From Piromyces finnis finn (lineage: Eukaryota; Fungi; Neocallimastigomycota), in NCBI GenBank assembly GCA_002104945.1, contig MCFH01000003.1, forward strand, positions 372,001-436,000: DNA of 64,000 nucleotides. The letters run 5' to 3'. Below are positions 34,734 to 48,074 of this stretch, one piece after another. A program made the translations under genes and the position numbers. The notes beneath the pieces are model-generated. The model saw only the letters and a program-made list of their open reading frames with translations, searched no databases and was not told the origin of the DNA. Each line of letters opens with the position of its first letter. Position 1 is the first letter of the stretch.

Positions 34734-37700
34734 TGTTGCTAGAGTTGTTGTTTAATACCGTTGTTTATTGTATAATAAATAGGAAAATAATTGGTAAAGA
34801 TGTTTTTTTTCTTTTCTTTTTGTTCTTTTAAAATAATTTGTTTTTAAAAAAAATTTTTTTTTGGTTGTTTAGTGTTGTAGTTATTTATTGGGGGTAGTTT
34901 ATATTTTATTTATTTAAATACTAATTTGATAAAATTATTATTTTATTATGTTTATAATATTAAAAAAAATTGTTCGACCTTTTTACAAGGACTATTATTG
35001 ATTTGGTATTATATTTACAACTGTTGATAATATAATAATTTTTAAATTAGTATTATATATTTATGTCTTTAATAAAAACTGTTTATAAAGTTTTATATTT
35101 TAATATAAATGACACAAATTACAGGACCAAAGTTGGTTTAGTTTGTTCGTTTTTTTTTCTTTTTTACTCTTTAACTTTGGAAGTTGAAATAAAAAAATAA
35201 ATTAATAATATTATCAATTTATTTTTGTTTTTCTTAAAGATTATTGTGTATTTTATTAATAAATAAATATTCTATTATATATATGTTTTTTTATATAAAT
35301 TAAATTAATAAAAATAATTTATATAAACTATCGTAAAACAGTTTTTTATCACTATTTTTTATATCGTTTTTTTTAAAAAAAAATAATTTATTATTAATAG
35401 CTAACAAACTTTTATATATAATATTATGGTAATAATTAATTTCAAATATATTAATAAAAATAATTATTATCTGATGAAACGTTTTTCTTTATTCAAAGGA
35501 AAAAAAAAAAAAAAAAGAATTTTTCTTTTAACTATTTAATAAAAGAATATTATATATCTTATATTTTTAGCTATGTTATTATCCTTGAAAAAATATTAGT
35601 ATTATTTAAATATTCGAATTAATTTATATTTATATTTGTTATTATTTCTTTAATTTTTTTTCAAAAAAAAAAAAAAAAATTTCAATTACTATTTTTCTTT
35701 CACAATTTTCTCTAATTTTTTTTTTTTAAAAAAGTTATCTTTTTCTTTAAAGTATTTCTTTAGTCAATAAATATTAATACTTTTTCATAGAAAAAAAAAG
35801 GATAATAAAAAAAAGGAAAAGAATGAAAAAAATAAACTTTTTTTTTTTAATAGTTTAGCTATATCATTATATTATTTAAAGAGACAAAAGTGAAGTTTTT
35901 TTTTTAATTTTTAATAAAGAAAAAGAAAGAAATAATAACTTCTAAAACAATTTATAATAATTAAATTGTTTTTCTTTTTTTTTCTTATTATTTTTATTAT
36001 TATTATTTTTTACTTTTTTTTGTCTTAATTTACAATAGGAATCTTAAAAAAAAGCAAAATTCTTGAAATTCCTAATTCTTGCTTTTTTTTTTTTTTTTAT
36101 TTAACAAAAAGAAAAGAAAATAAAAATTATAAAATTATAATTTTTTTTTTTTTTGTTTTAATAATTTAATTTAATATCAAATTAATATAAAATTCATATT
36201 AAAATAAAATAATATAAAATTATTAAATTATAATATATAACAATATATTTAATAATATATTTAATAATATATTTAATAATAAAACCTTTTTTTAAAGGTT
36301 TATTTATACCATAGAAAAAAAAAGGTTTCTAATGAATCAGAAAAAGTTAAATAATATATGAAAGAATATATTATTAATTTAATAATATATTGAATATATA
36401 TCAGCCTTTAAAGTCATAATATACTATTCTATAGATAAATTAATTTATTTATATATATAAATATTTCTTATTAAAAAAAATAAAGAAATGAATTAAAATA
36501 ATTTATTATGATATTATATTAGAGTAAATTTCCAATATTAATATTGATTCTTTTAATACAAAAAAGAAATAATAAAAACAAAATTAATTTTATTATATAA
36601 TAAAATTAAATTAATATATTATTCCAATTATAGTACATTATATTAGTAAATATAGTTTTAATATATTTGAAAATTTTAAAAGTCTAATATAAACATTTTT
36701 GGAACATTTAAATAATCAATAAGAATTCAAACTTTATTTAATATTATTTTGTTATTGAACACAAATTTAATTTAATTTATTTATTAATTTAAAATGTTTT
36801 AATATCTTACACAATTCCAAAATATTTAATAATATATTATAGAGTAAATAGAATATATATTAGATTAAATTATTTGATAAATAATATCATTTCAAAAAAG
36901 ATAAAAAATAATAGTAACATAGTAACACAAATTAATTATTCTTTTTTATTTTTTAATTATACTCTAATGATATTATTATTTTATTATTTTATATATTATA
37001 CATTATATACAATATATTAATAATATATTAACAAGTAGTCAAGGTTTAATTTTATTTTTTTTTATAATGATAAATCATCTTTTTTTCAAAAAAAAAAATG
37101 TTTCTTTTTTACAAATATTATATTAAATTAAATAGATTTAATTTATTTTTATATTAAATAATATATTAAATAAATTGAATCATTTATTTTACTAATTAAA
37201 TGTTAAATATGATCATCCCTTTTTCAAAAGAAACTAAAGGTTTTGGTTTTGGTTTTAGGTTCCTTTTAGGAAGAAAGAATGATTTGAATGAAAGGAAGGG
37301 AAGAATCATTTGTAGGAGTAGAGACAGGAATAAGAATGAAATGCATGATGTGTTGTTTTGAATGTGTTTGTTAGTAGCGTCACTATTTAATGTTCTTTAT
37401 GTAAAGTTTTTTAAAAAAATAGGATAAAAACTGATGATGATATAATTAGTATTTAATAAACTTTTTAAATTATTAGATGGACAATGAATGCATACTATTC
37501 TCTCATGGTATAGAAATAGATAAAAGAGAACAAATCATTGGCTTTTCACTGACAATGAATAAAGGTAAAAAGAAACCTTTTATATATATATATATATAAT
37601 AATAACATCTATGAAATATTAAAATGCTAGTTCTTTCGTTCTTTCTCTATCAATTTCAATTTTATTTTTTTTTTTAAAAAAAAATATGGCCATTCTATTG

Positions 37701-38892
37701 AACATTATCATTAGATTGAATATGTAAAGGTATATTAAAAAAAAAAAAAAAAGTATCGTAAAGCAACAACAAATTAAAATGAAATAAACATTATTTTTTT
37801 ATTATTATTAAATATAAATGATTTTGAATAGTTTCAGCAATGACTTTCTCCTCATCATAGAATACCATGAGAAAAAGATAGCTTGGTATTATGATGTTTT
37901 TTTATTTTATATACCCTTATGAAATAGAATGAAATAGACCTCTTCTATTTATTAAATGGAAATATTAAAAATTTATTAATATGAAATAGAAAAAAGTATT
38001 GTAATTGCCATGCTATTATGTAATGCTATTATGCAATAACGCTATTATGTAGTACCATGAATAGAAAAGGATTAAAATTCTTAATAGACTTTTGGTATTA
38101 TTTATGATTATTCATTATTCCTATTATAATAATTATTTATTATAATAAAACTTTATCAACAATATAAATTATTCATATATTTTAATATATTTGTATCACA
38201 TATCATTTATATTGAAATTAGTATATTAGTATTATTCTTTACATTGTTGGTTATACAGAATAAAATTTTAATTTATATTAGAAAAAATTTCCATTGATTT
38301 AGGTATTAAACCTTATTTATTAATAAAAATAAAAATTTCCTTGAATCTATTAAATTTTAATTTATAATAATTAAATAATATTAACTTTAATATATGATAA
38401 ATTAATAAATTTAAATTAAATAATTAATTTCTGTATCACTCAAAATGTTAATTATTCCATAAATAGAAAGTGTTTAATTTTTTTATTAAAACTAAAAAAA
38501 AAAAAAAAACTGAAAGACCTTTTTGAAAGACCTTTTCCTCTTGCTTGTTGGCTTTTTAACTTTTTAACTTGTTGGATTGTTTGGCTGCTTGATTATTATG
38601 GTTAAATAAAAGAGATAAAGGGAAAAAACGAATTTAATTCTTTTCCTTATATTTAAGCATTACATTAATATATTGTTTGTTATTATTCATTCATTACTAT
38701 AAAATATTTATATATATATTTATTTTTTTAACTATATTACTTTCTTTATCATTTTATGGAATGAAGTACTTTTTTTTTTTTGGTTGTTGTTGTCTTTAAA
38801 TTATGTTTAAATTTATTAAAACTTTTTTTTTTTTTTTTTTAATTTTTCTATTTCCATTTTTTAATAATTTCCTTTTAAGATTTAATAAGTTT

Positions 38893-38926
<34 letters not shown>

Positions 38927-39193
38927 GAATGTTGTTAATTCAAAATGCTTTTACAAAAAAAAAAAAGAAAAGATGAAAATTTTTAAAATTTGAGCATTCA
39001 GAAATGTAGATGGACTTTCACTCTATAATTTTTTTTTTTTTTTGAGAAATTGAAAAAGAGGATGAAAGGTAACAATAGTTCTACTAGAGTTTCGCTAATT
39101 ATTTGGACATTTTTAACCATAATAAGAATCAATAAAAAATAATAACAAAAATAGCAACAGCAACACAATGAATGCAATAACTTAACTATTATT

Positions 39194-39197
<4 letters not shown>

Positions 39198-39236
<39 letters not shown>

Positions 39237-39766
39237 TTCCGAGTGCATTTCTCCCATCGATCAGAGTTAGCTCCAATGGTGGTTCTTAGAGAAACGTTGG
39301 CTCATTCCTATTGCTAGGTGGTTGTGACCCTCCTGGTCTGTCATACTGTTTCTTCAGCTTCGACGCTCACTTAATCCATGTACATTAGATGCATGTCGTT
39401 GTACGATATTTCACAACTACAATGCTAAGCCTCTTATAGTCAATTTGATCACGTGTCAACCGCCCCCTAATGTTTACACTTAAATTGATTAAGGAATATT
39501 ATGTGTTTTTGGCATAGCCTAAGTCACCACTTATTAAGTTCTAATTTGGAATGTACCATGTACACTAGACCCTCTCAGGCCGGCTAGACGAGTGTTATTA
39601 TCATAGTAGTAAATTAGAAAGTTCATTTATACTTACCTGAATATCATAACCCAACCCATGGCAAAACCTGGGAAAATCCACAGGCACTGACATCTGCGGG
39701 GTCGAACCAGAAGCCTTATGTATGCTAAGGAAACGCCTTAACAACCAGGATAAAAACTGGAACGAC
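39198..39766 (-). mobile_element. Putative tRNA-derived SINE with LINE-related 3' tail, poly(A) and 13-bp TSD
   Basis: TSD actattatttcaa at 39185-39197 and 39767-39779; T36 at 39198-39233 (poly(A) on minus strand); tRNA-like head with TTAGCAT loop and GGTTCGACCCC B box; 39328-39368 is 37/41 identical to LINE 53353-53393; visibly GC-richer than the flanks. Confidence 0.85.
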
Positions 39767-40652
39767 ACTATTATTTCAAAACTATAAAATTTTCATAAAT
39801 TTTTATTATAGAAAGATCAAAAAAAAAAAAAAAAATTACATTAAAAATAAAATGTTCATTCCTTCAATTTCATTCTATAAAGTAATAATAAAAACCTTTT
39901 TATTATTATTTAAGACTTTAAAATTCAACCATGTCTTTTCTTGTTTTGTTTTGTTTTGTTTTTTCGATATTTTCACCATCTTTCTCATGCATAGTGACAT
40001 TTTTTTTTTGTTTCAAAATAAAATGAAAAAAAATGTTTTAAAAAGTTAAAAATTAATATATAAATTAAAATGTTACATTTTTTAATTAATTTTTTTATTT
40101 TTTATTTATTATTATAATTCTTTTTTAAAAAAATTAAAAGCCATATTGAGGAATTAAAATGATGAGTGCATGTGTTATTTATGTATAATTTACATAAAAC
40201 TATACACTTTTTTTATAGCAAAAGGTAGGTAATATTAATTATAAAAGTTTTATTTTTATAAAAGATAGTTTATAATCATATCTCTATCTACATGTGTTTT
40301 ATTTCAAAAAAGTATTTTCAAAAATAAAAAAAAAAAGAAATTACTTTATTTAATAATATCTTATATAATAGTATCAGTAAAATTCATTAGTAATAGATTT
40401 TTTTATAGTATTTTATTTAAGGGATTAATACAATATATATTAATATGTTAGTTATGATAAAAAAAAATACATAAAGGATTATATTAATATATAAGGAATT
40501 TTAAAAGAAAAAAAAAATAAATAACAATTATTATATAAACATGTTGTATAATCATATCTAGGTGTCTATTAGATGAGGATGATAAATAAATGATTTATTA
40601 ATATATATATTTCAAGAGAAGGAATAATGATAATGACTTTTTATATTGATAA

Positions 40653-42131
40653 TTAATGGGAAGACGATGGGATGGTAATATGATGATGAGTAAAGTTTTC
40701 ATTTGTATCACTTATACTACTTTGACTTTGTGAAACGTCTGGGGAAGTGATTCTTGAAGAATTTTCGGAAGCTGTTTCAAAATCTAATTCTTCTTCGATT
40801 CCTTCTTGATTACGATGACATAATTTATCCTTGAGGGTGTAAACATAAAGCACAAAGGACAAAAGGATAAGCATGATAAACCCCATAAAAATGAAAAAAT
40901 TGTTATTAATAAAAGGTGCTTGATATTTTACTTTACTATCAAAACATATACTTCGATATTGATTGCAATTGCCACTTAAACAGTCACTATTTTGTTGACA
41001 TTTTTCATTTATATTTTGGGCACAACCTATGGAAAAGTCATCCTTTCTACGTTGTATTTGACATAAAGAGATGGGTTTTTCATTACGAACAATGCAACGT
41101 CCATCATTACATTTACCGGAAAAACATTCATCATTGGTGGTGCAAGATCCATTGGAATTGCAATTCTCATCTCCCGAAATACACGAATGAATAATTAATC
41201 TTTGATTGGGATTTTTTTCATTAATAAAAGACATACCATATTGCATTTGAGATTTTACAAGATAGGGTGCATAATTACTTTTATAATATATACATGTTTT
41301 GGTGTTACATGCAAATGTCACATCGCAAAGAGTATAACTGGTATTATTAAAATAACTATAGACGGTTCTTGGTCCTCTACTGTATTCTGGGCAAGTTGTC
41401 ACAAATTCATCAAGCATTGTACTAGTTACAAAAAAATATTGATTAAAAAAAAAAAAATCAATAATTTGATAAATGTATAAAAAAAGATTTTATTAAATTT
41501 TTAAGATTTTTATTAAATTTTTAAATAAAGAGAGATGTGTGTGTGAATTTGTGATTTTTAATAACCTATTTCATTTTTAATTATTTTATTTTCCTATTAC
41601 TTACACATTCATAATTTTTATATCCTTCAAGGTAAAATTGGTATAACCATAATAAAAAGTATCATTTAATTCATTATTATCGATGGTATTATTTTGTGTG
41701 TTGGAATCATTTGGATTATCGACAATATATTTTATTGTACCATTTAAATTACTAAATAGATTTAAATCATTTAGATTATTAATATTGTCATATATATTGT
41801 TGTTAACAGTGTTAACGGTGTTGGAATCACTTGGACTATTTATGGTATTATAAACATTGTTGGAATCACCTGAATTATTTATGGTATTATAAACATTGTT
41901 GGAATCACCTGGACTATTTATGGTATTATAAACATTGTTGGAATCACCTGGACTATTTATGGTATTATAAACATTGTTGGAATCACCTGGACTATTTATA
42001 GTATTATAAACATTGTTGGAATCACCTGGACTATTTATTATTTGTGTATTTTGGACTTGTTGACTCTCTGTAAATCCAATAAAAAGTAAAATTAATAATA
42101 CAGATTCAAGTATGGAAATCCCTTTAAACAT
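40653..42131 (-). CDS. Type I membrane protein: signal peptide, 13-aa tandem repeats, Cys-rich ectodomain, C-terminal TM; 2 exons, 431 aa
   Basis: Exons 42131-41605 and 41421-40653 join in frame. Signal peptide MFKGISILESVLLILLFIGFTES, Cys pattern CTTNDECFSGKC and CQQNSDCLSGNC, TM FFIFMGFIMLILLSFVLYVY. Confidence 0.82.
41820..42045 (-). repeat. Coding 39-bp tandem repeat (NSPGDSNNVYNTI), about 6 copies
   Basis: Unit ggaatcacctggactatttatggtattataaacattgtt on the + strand. Confidence 0.95.
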
Positions 42132-43109
42132 TATCGAATTTCTTTTTATAAAATTGATTATATTATATATATATATTTAATTATAAATGGTATATTATAT
42201 TATATTATTATAATAATATTATATATTTTATTAGTGTAGGTGTAATTTTATAATTAAATATATATAATTTAATTCATTTCTTTTTTTTTTCTTTATTTAT
42301 TTTAATTTTTTTATTATTTTCTTAAAAAAAAAAAAGAATTTTTCTTTTATTTATGCCAAAAATAAAATTTTCATTAAATTTATTATTTAAAAAAAAAAAA
42401 AAAAAAAACGTTGTAAATTATTTAGCTTTTTTTTTATTGAATTAAAACTTTTTTTTTATAAAAAAGAAAAAGCACACAAACTAAAAATAAAAAAAAAAGA
42501 ATATAAATATTAATAAATAAAAAAGTAATAATAATAAATAAATAAATAAATAATTCTTTTTTTTTTTTTTGTTGTTGTTGTTGTTACGGCGGCGGCGGCT
42601 AAAGATAGTAACAGTATCAATAAATTTTATTGAAAATTTTAATTAATTATAAATTAAAATTTCTTTTTTTAAATTTGTATTAATAAAAATGTTACACTAA
42701 AATTTTTTATGATAATACACCAACCAACAAAACGCAACAACAACACCACTCTAAAAATAGAAAAAAAATGAATGTTTTTTAAATAGAAAAAAAGGAATTA
42801 AAAAAAAAAAAAAGTAAAGTGTACAACACTTGAAAGAATTAATACTAATTTCTTAATTGTTAATATTATTTTTCTTTATTTTTTTTTAAATCTTTATATT
42901 ATTTTTTTTTTCATTATAAATCTACTCTTTTTTTCTTACTATAAAATTTTATTTTTTTGAACATGGAGTTCTATTGTAATACTTTTTTTGTAAATTCTTC
43001 TTTTTATATATATAAACATTACATTTGTAATTTCTTTTATATATATATATAAACAGTACATTTGTAATTTCTTTTTTTTTTTTTTTTTTTTTACCCTATC
43101 CTAAAATTT

Positions 43110-46100
43110 CTAATGTAATTTATCGGAAACAAATTCAGTGGCTTTGGAAAGAATATTCAAGGCAATATTGGCTCTTTTCTTATAAATTTTATTTTGTATA
43201 ATATCAACAACATTATAATGTCCTTTCTTTTCAGCAATTTCTTTTGCCGTCTTACCCTTTAAATCATCTTGATGACGAATACCATTTTTGGTCTTTTTTT
43301 GTAATTTGACATTATTATCAATAAGCTTCTTGACTACTTCACTACTACCTTTATAACTTGCCCAGTGAAGCGCTGTCCATCCATTTTGATCAATGTATTC
43401 CAAGGCAACTTTTTGGGATTCAATAATATTGACGGCATGAATAAAATTATTCTTTTTAATCTCATTAATAAGAACTTCGGATTCTACAATAATGTCATGA
43501 CATAAATCTTCTTCTTCTTCTTCTTTTTCCTTCTTTTTCTTTCCTCCTTCTTCTCTTTTTTCATCCCTTTCCTTTTTCTTTTCTTCTTCTTTTTTATTAA
43601 AGGTGGAAAGAAGAAGAGTTTTATTTGCTTTTTCATCCATCTTTAAGAAATAATCAATTAAAAGCTTAATAATATCTTCATTCTTCATTTTATAAGCAAT
43701 GTCTAACACCGTCAAACCATCATTATTCTTTTTATGAAGCGTTGGATGACTTTCTAATAAATATTCAACAATCATGGGGTTGTTATAATAAACGGCAAAA
43801 TGTAACGCTGTCCAACCATCAAACGTTGAAAGATTAATGTTGACTTTATGATCCATGAGAAGTTGAATAACATTCTTATTGTCATTTTCACAGGCAATAT
43901 GAAGTGCTGTTTTACTGTCATGGGTTGTTAAATTAACCTTGGCCCCATTTTCTAAAAGATCCCGGACCACTTCGGTATGCTCATTTTGACAGGCAATATG
44001 AAGAGGGGTCCATCCATTGAGATTCTTGAAATTAATATTTGCATTATGATGGATTAAAAGTTGTGCAATGGTATGATTACCATATTGACTTGCAATATGT
44101 AATGGTGTATTCATATTATTATCTTCTTCATCAACATCTGCATGTCCATAGCGTATCAAATACTTGGCTAATCCATAAAAATTCTCTCGAGCTACAATAT
44201 GAAGCGCAGTCCAACCTCCGGAATTCTTGGCATTGACATTGACATGACCTTTATTCAATAATAATTCCACCATACAAAGATTATTTTCTTCTGTGGCAAT
44301 ATGAAGAAGCTTGTATTCTTCAATGGTCTTCAAATGAATATCAGCGCCTTGACTTAATAAATACTCTACAGTTTGGTAATGGCCATTACTACAGGCTATT
44401 TGAATGGCACTCCAATCATCGGTTACTTTATCAATATCTGCACCGTGATCCACTAATAATTTAACAATGTCATTGAAACCATTTTGACTAGCTATGTAAA
44501 GTGGACTGTAATGGTCATTTTCAATGTTTTTATCAATACCATGATGAATAAGACATTCCACCACTTCATACTTATTATTACTAACAGCAATATGAAGAGC
44601 AGACCATCCATCCACCGTCTTTTCATTTAAATCTACCTTTCCTTCATCAATAAGTTTATTTAATTGTTTGATATCCCCATTCATACAAAGAATATGAAGT
44701 TTACTCCATCCAATCTTTTGATAAAAGGAGGCACCAATCTTATTGTTAAGTTGAAGAGACAAGTATTTCCTTTTACCACTTTTGGATCTTTTCTTTAATT
44801 TGCTGGTATTGGTATTACTTTCAGTTTCATTCTTTTTTACATCGGCATTGTCATTCATTTTGTTAGCGTCAGAAACTATTTCTATTTGAGAAGACGTTGG
44901 AGTTATCATTTCACTAGACGTAACGTTTGAAGCATCGGATTTTTCAGGTATTAATGGAGATGATAATGACGTATCGTTAGGGATCACTTTATCTTCATCA
45001 CCATCACTATCAGAATCCCATTCAGATTCTGATGAAAAGAAATAGTTTTCTTCTTCTTCTTCTTCTTTCCCCTTTGAATAATTTCCGCCTTGTTCTTTTT
45101 TCTCTTGTTTATATTTTTCTGTCTTTTCGAGTAATCTGGTAATATTACTAAATTGTCTTTTTTCAGCAATTTCATAAGCAGTTTTATTTTCCTTATCCTT
45201 AATAGTTATATCTGCCTTATGTTTAATGAGACATTTAACAATATTTTCATAACCATAATAACAAGCCATGGCTAATGCCGTCCAACCATTGATATTTTGC
45301 ATATCAATGTTAGCATTAAAATCTAATAATAATTGGAAAATTTCTAAATTATTATATTTGGTGGCAACCATAACAGCAGTTTCACCATAATTATTTTGAA
45401 TGTTAATATCCGCATTATTTTCTAAGAGCACTTTAACAATACTTATATGGCCATTACGACAAGCGGCAAGAAGAGCTGCATCGCCAAAATTATCTTTATT
45501 GTTCACCTTTGAGAAAAATTTTAAGAGTTTATTGACTACTTCTAAATGACCTTCCTTGCTAGCAATAATTAATGCTGTTTCTTGATAATTATTTTGATAG
45601 TTAGTATTAGCATTTTGTTGTAAAAGTTGTTGAATCATTTTCATTTGACAATTTTGACTAGCTACCATTAAAGCTGTCCAGTTTTCACTATTCGGTACAT
45701 TAACATCAACATTTTGATCAATGAGAAATTGGAAGAACTTTTCCTGACCATAAATACAAGAAATAATTAAAGCTGTACTACCATTAAAAAGTCTGTTACT
45801 AATATTAACACCATAATCAATTAATTTTTGTAATAAATCAATGTTATCTTTTTCATTGGCAGTTAATGAAAATTTAGTTTTTCTACGGAAAAAGGCTCTC
45901 TTTTCATTATTCTTAACATATTCAACAAAACCAGTGAGACATGGGAAGGAGGCTTCGTCAGTCGATAAGAAATATTCTCGTTTCATGATGCTGAAACACC
46001 TTTCACTATTTTGATCAATACAACTACTGCTTCCTTGAATGAAATAGCTGTTTTTATCTTCATTAACAATAGCCATATTTCTATTACCATATTTACTATA

Positions 46101-48074
46101 ACTAAAAGTTCTATTTGCAAATTCTTCATCTGAACAATTAGATGAACTTCTACCAAGATTGATAATCATACGGTTTAAGGAATTTGAAAAGTTAACTTTA
46201 CCTCCAACATTTTTTGTTACAATTTCAATGTTGTTGTTATCAGAAGTGTTGCCAACTTCAATCTTACTTTGGGATGCTGTTAATTCAATATTCATATTTT
46301 TCTTTTTAATGTTTTCAAGTAATAAACTTGAACGCTTATTGGAGGTTTCTTCAATTTGACTTACAATCAATGGTTCTTCACTACCATTAACTTTAAATTA
46401 AGATACGATTATATATAATTTATTTTATCATAAAGATAATGGTTAATTATAATTTATAGTTTATAATAAAGATAATGATTATATATAATTTATAATTTAT
46501 AATAAGATAATGATTATATATAATTTATAATTTATAATAATAGTGATAGTCAATTATAATTTATAAAAAAAAAAAAAAGTTTGATAAAAATAGTTATATT
46601 CACCTGAGTTAGAATCCTCATTATTGAAAGAAAATGATAACCTAGTTGTCGTTAATGTTGTCGTTGTTACAACTTGTGTCGTTTCACAAGAATAGGAAGC
46701 AATTTTTTTATTATTCATATTACTCTTTGGTAATGTAAATGAAAGTGATGATATTGATGATGGTTGAATTTGTTGATTATCCATTCCATTTAAATTGGAT
46801 GTGGAAATAACGGTAGTAGTTGAAGAGGAAGGTGATAACGGATTAAATAATAAATTGGAAGGATCTTTATTTACTTCGCCTATATTATTTGATATTGCAA
46901 TATTAGTATTGTTCATTAAATTACTATTTAAAAAAGTATTACTCTCTTGATAGCCTGGTAATGTTGTTACAGACATTGTTGGTGTTAACGGTGGAGTAAC
47001 ATAAGCCATAGTTCCATTATCATAATTCATTGTTGGAGTTGAAAGGAGGGAATGTAAAAGATTATCATGTAATAATTTAAAGATAACTTTGTTCTTTTTA
47101 TAAAGTGCCCATGAAAATGATGTAAAACCGCGATTATTCTTCAAATAAGTTAATGCATTATAACAAAGTAAAAGTTCAACAACACTTTGATGTTGATTTT
47201 TGCATGCCCATATCAAAGCAGTATCACCATCTATATTTTGAATATTTACATCAGCACCATTTTCAAGTAATGCTTTTGCAATTTTTTCATTACCAATTTT
47301 ACATGCATATATTAATGGAGTATAATTATAGGTACCGCTTTTAAGATTTATACCTAAATCATCTAATAAATTACATAAACATATAGATATATATATATTA
47401 ATAGTTTTTATATAATATTGTTGTTAATGATAAAACTATAAAATTTTATTAATAACATTACCTTTATTGTCAATATCACTATCAAGAAGAATTTTTACAA
47501 TCTCTTCATGATCATTTTTACATGCATATGTAAGAGCTTTATATTTTGCATTATTTATAATAGTTGGATCAGCACCATGAGCTAATAAGAGTTTTGCAAT
47601 ATCGGTATAACCTTCACGACAAGCCCATGTTAATGCTGTATTACCATGAATATTTGTCATATTAATACTAACATTTTCTATATTTGTTTCTAATCCAGGC
47701 TTATTACCATTAAATAGAAAGTGCTTCTTATTCTAATATCATTATATATATATATATAATAAATAAATAAATAAATAAATAATATTTTATAACTAAAAAT
47801 ACTTGAATCATAAAATACATTTATTACATACATGATTTTCCAAGTAATTATTAATATCAAACGGCATGTTTTCATTACTTTTATTACCAAGTAATAAAAG
47901 TCTTACAACTGCGACATTACCATTACGACTGGCCCAAATTAATGAAGAATTACCATTAACATCTTGGAAATTAATATCTAAATTTATATCTGGATTAAAT
48001 AAAAGCTCTTTTATTTTTTTGATATTTCCAGTTTTACAATATTTTAATAATCTTGCGCTATTACTTGACCTCAT
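43110..48074 (-). CDS. Large multi-cluster ankyrin-repeat protein, 4 exons, 1515 aa
   Basis: Exons 48074-47832, 47726-47462, 47362-46604, 46390-43110; phases close. More than 20 ankyrin units (GWTALH, GNTALTWAC, GDAALLAAC) in clusters separated by Ser/Thr-rich and acidic/Lys-rich linkers. Confidence 0.9.

Noticed and set aside
39688-39760. Functional tRNA-Ala gene
   Set aside because: Acceptor and anticodon stems do not pair, and it lies inside a TSD-flanked poly(A) element.
39629-39790. U1 snRNA gene (ATACTTACCTG on + strand at 39629; ACTTACCTG at 58341)
   Set aside because: No U1-70K loop (GATCACGAAG), U1A loop (ATTGCAC) or Sm site at U1 spacing; better read as a minus-strand CAG/GTAAGT donor.
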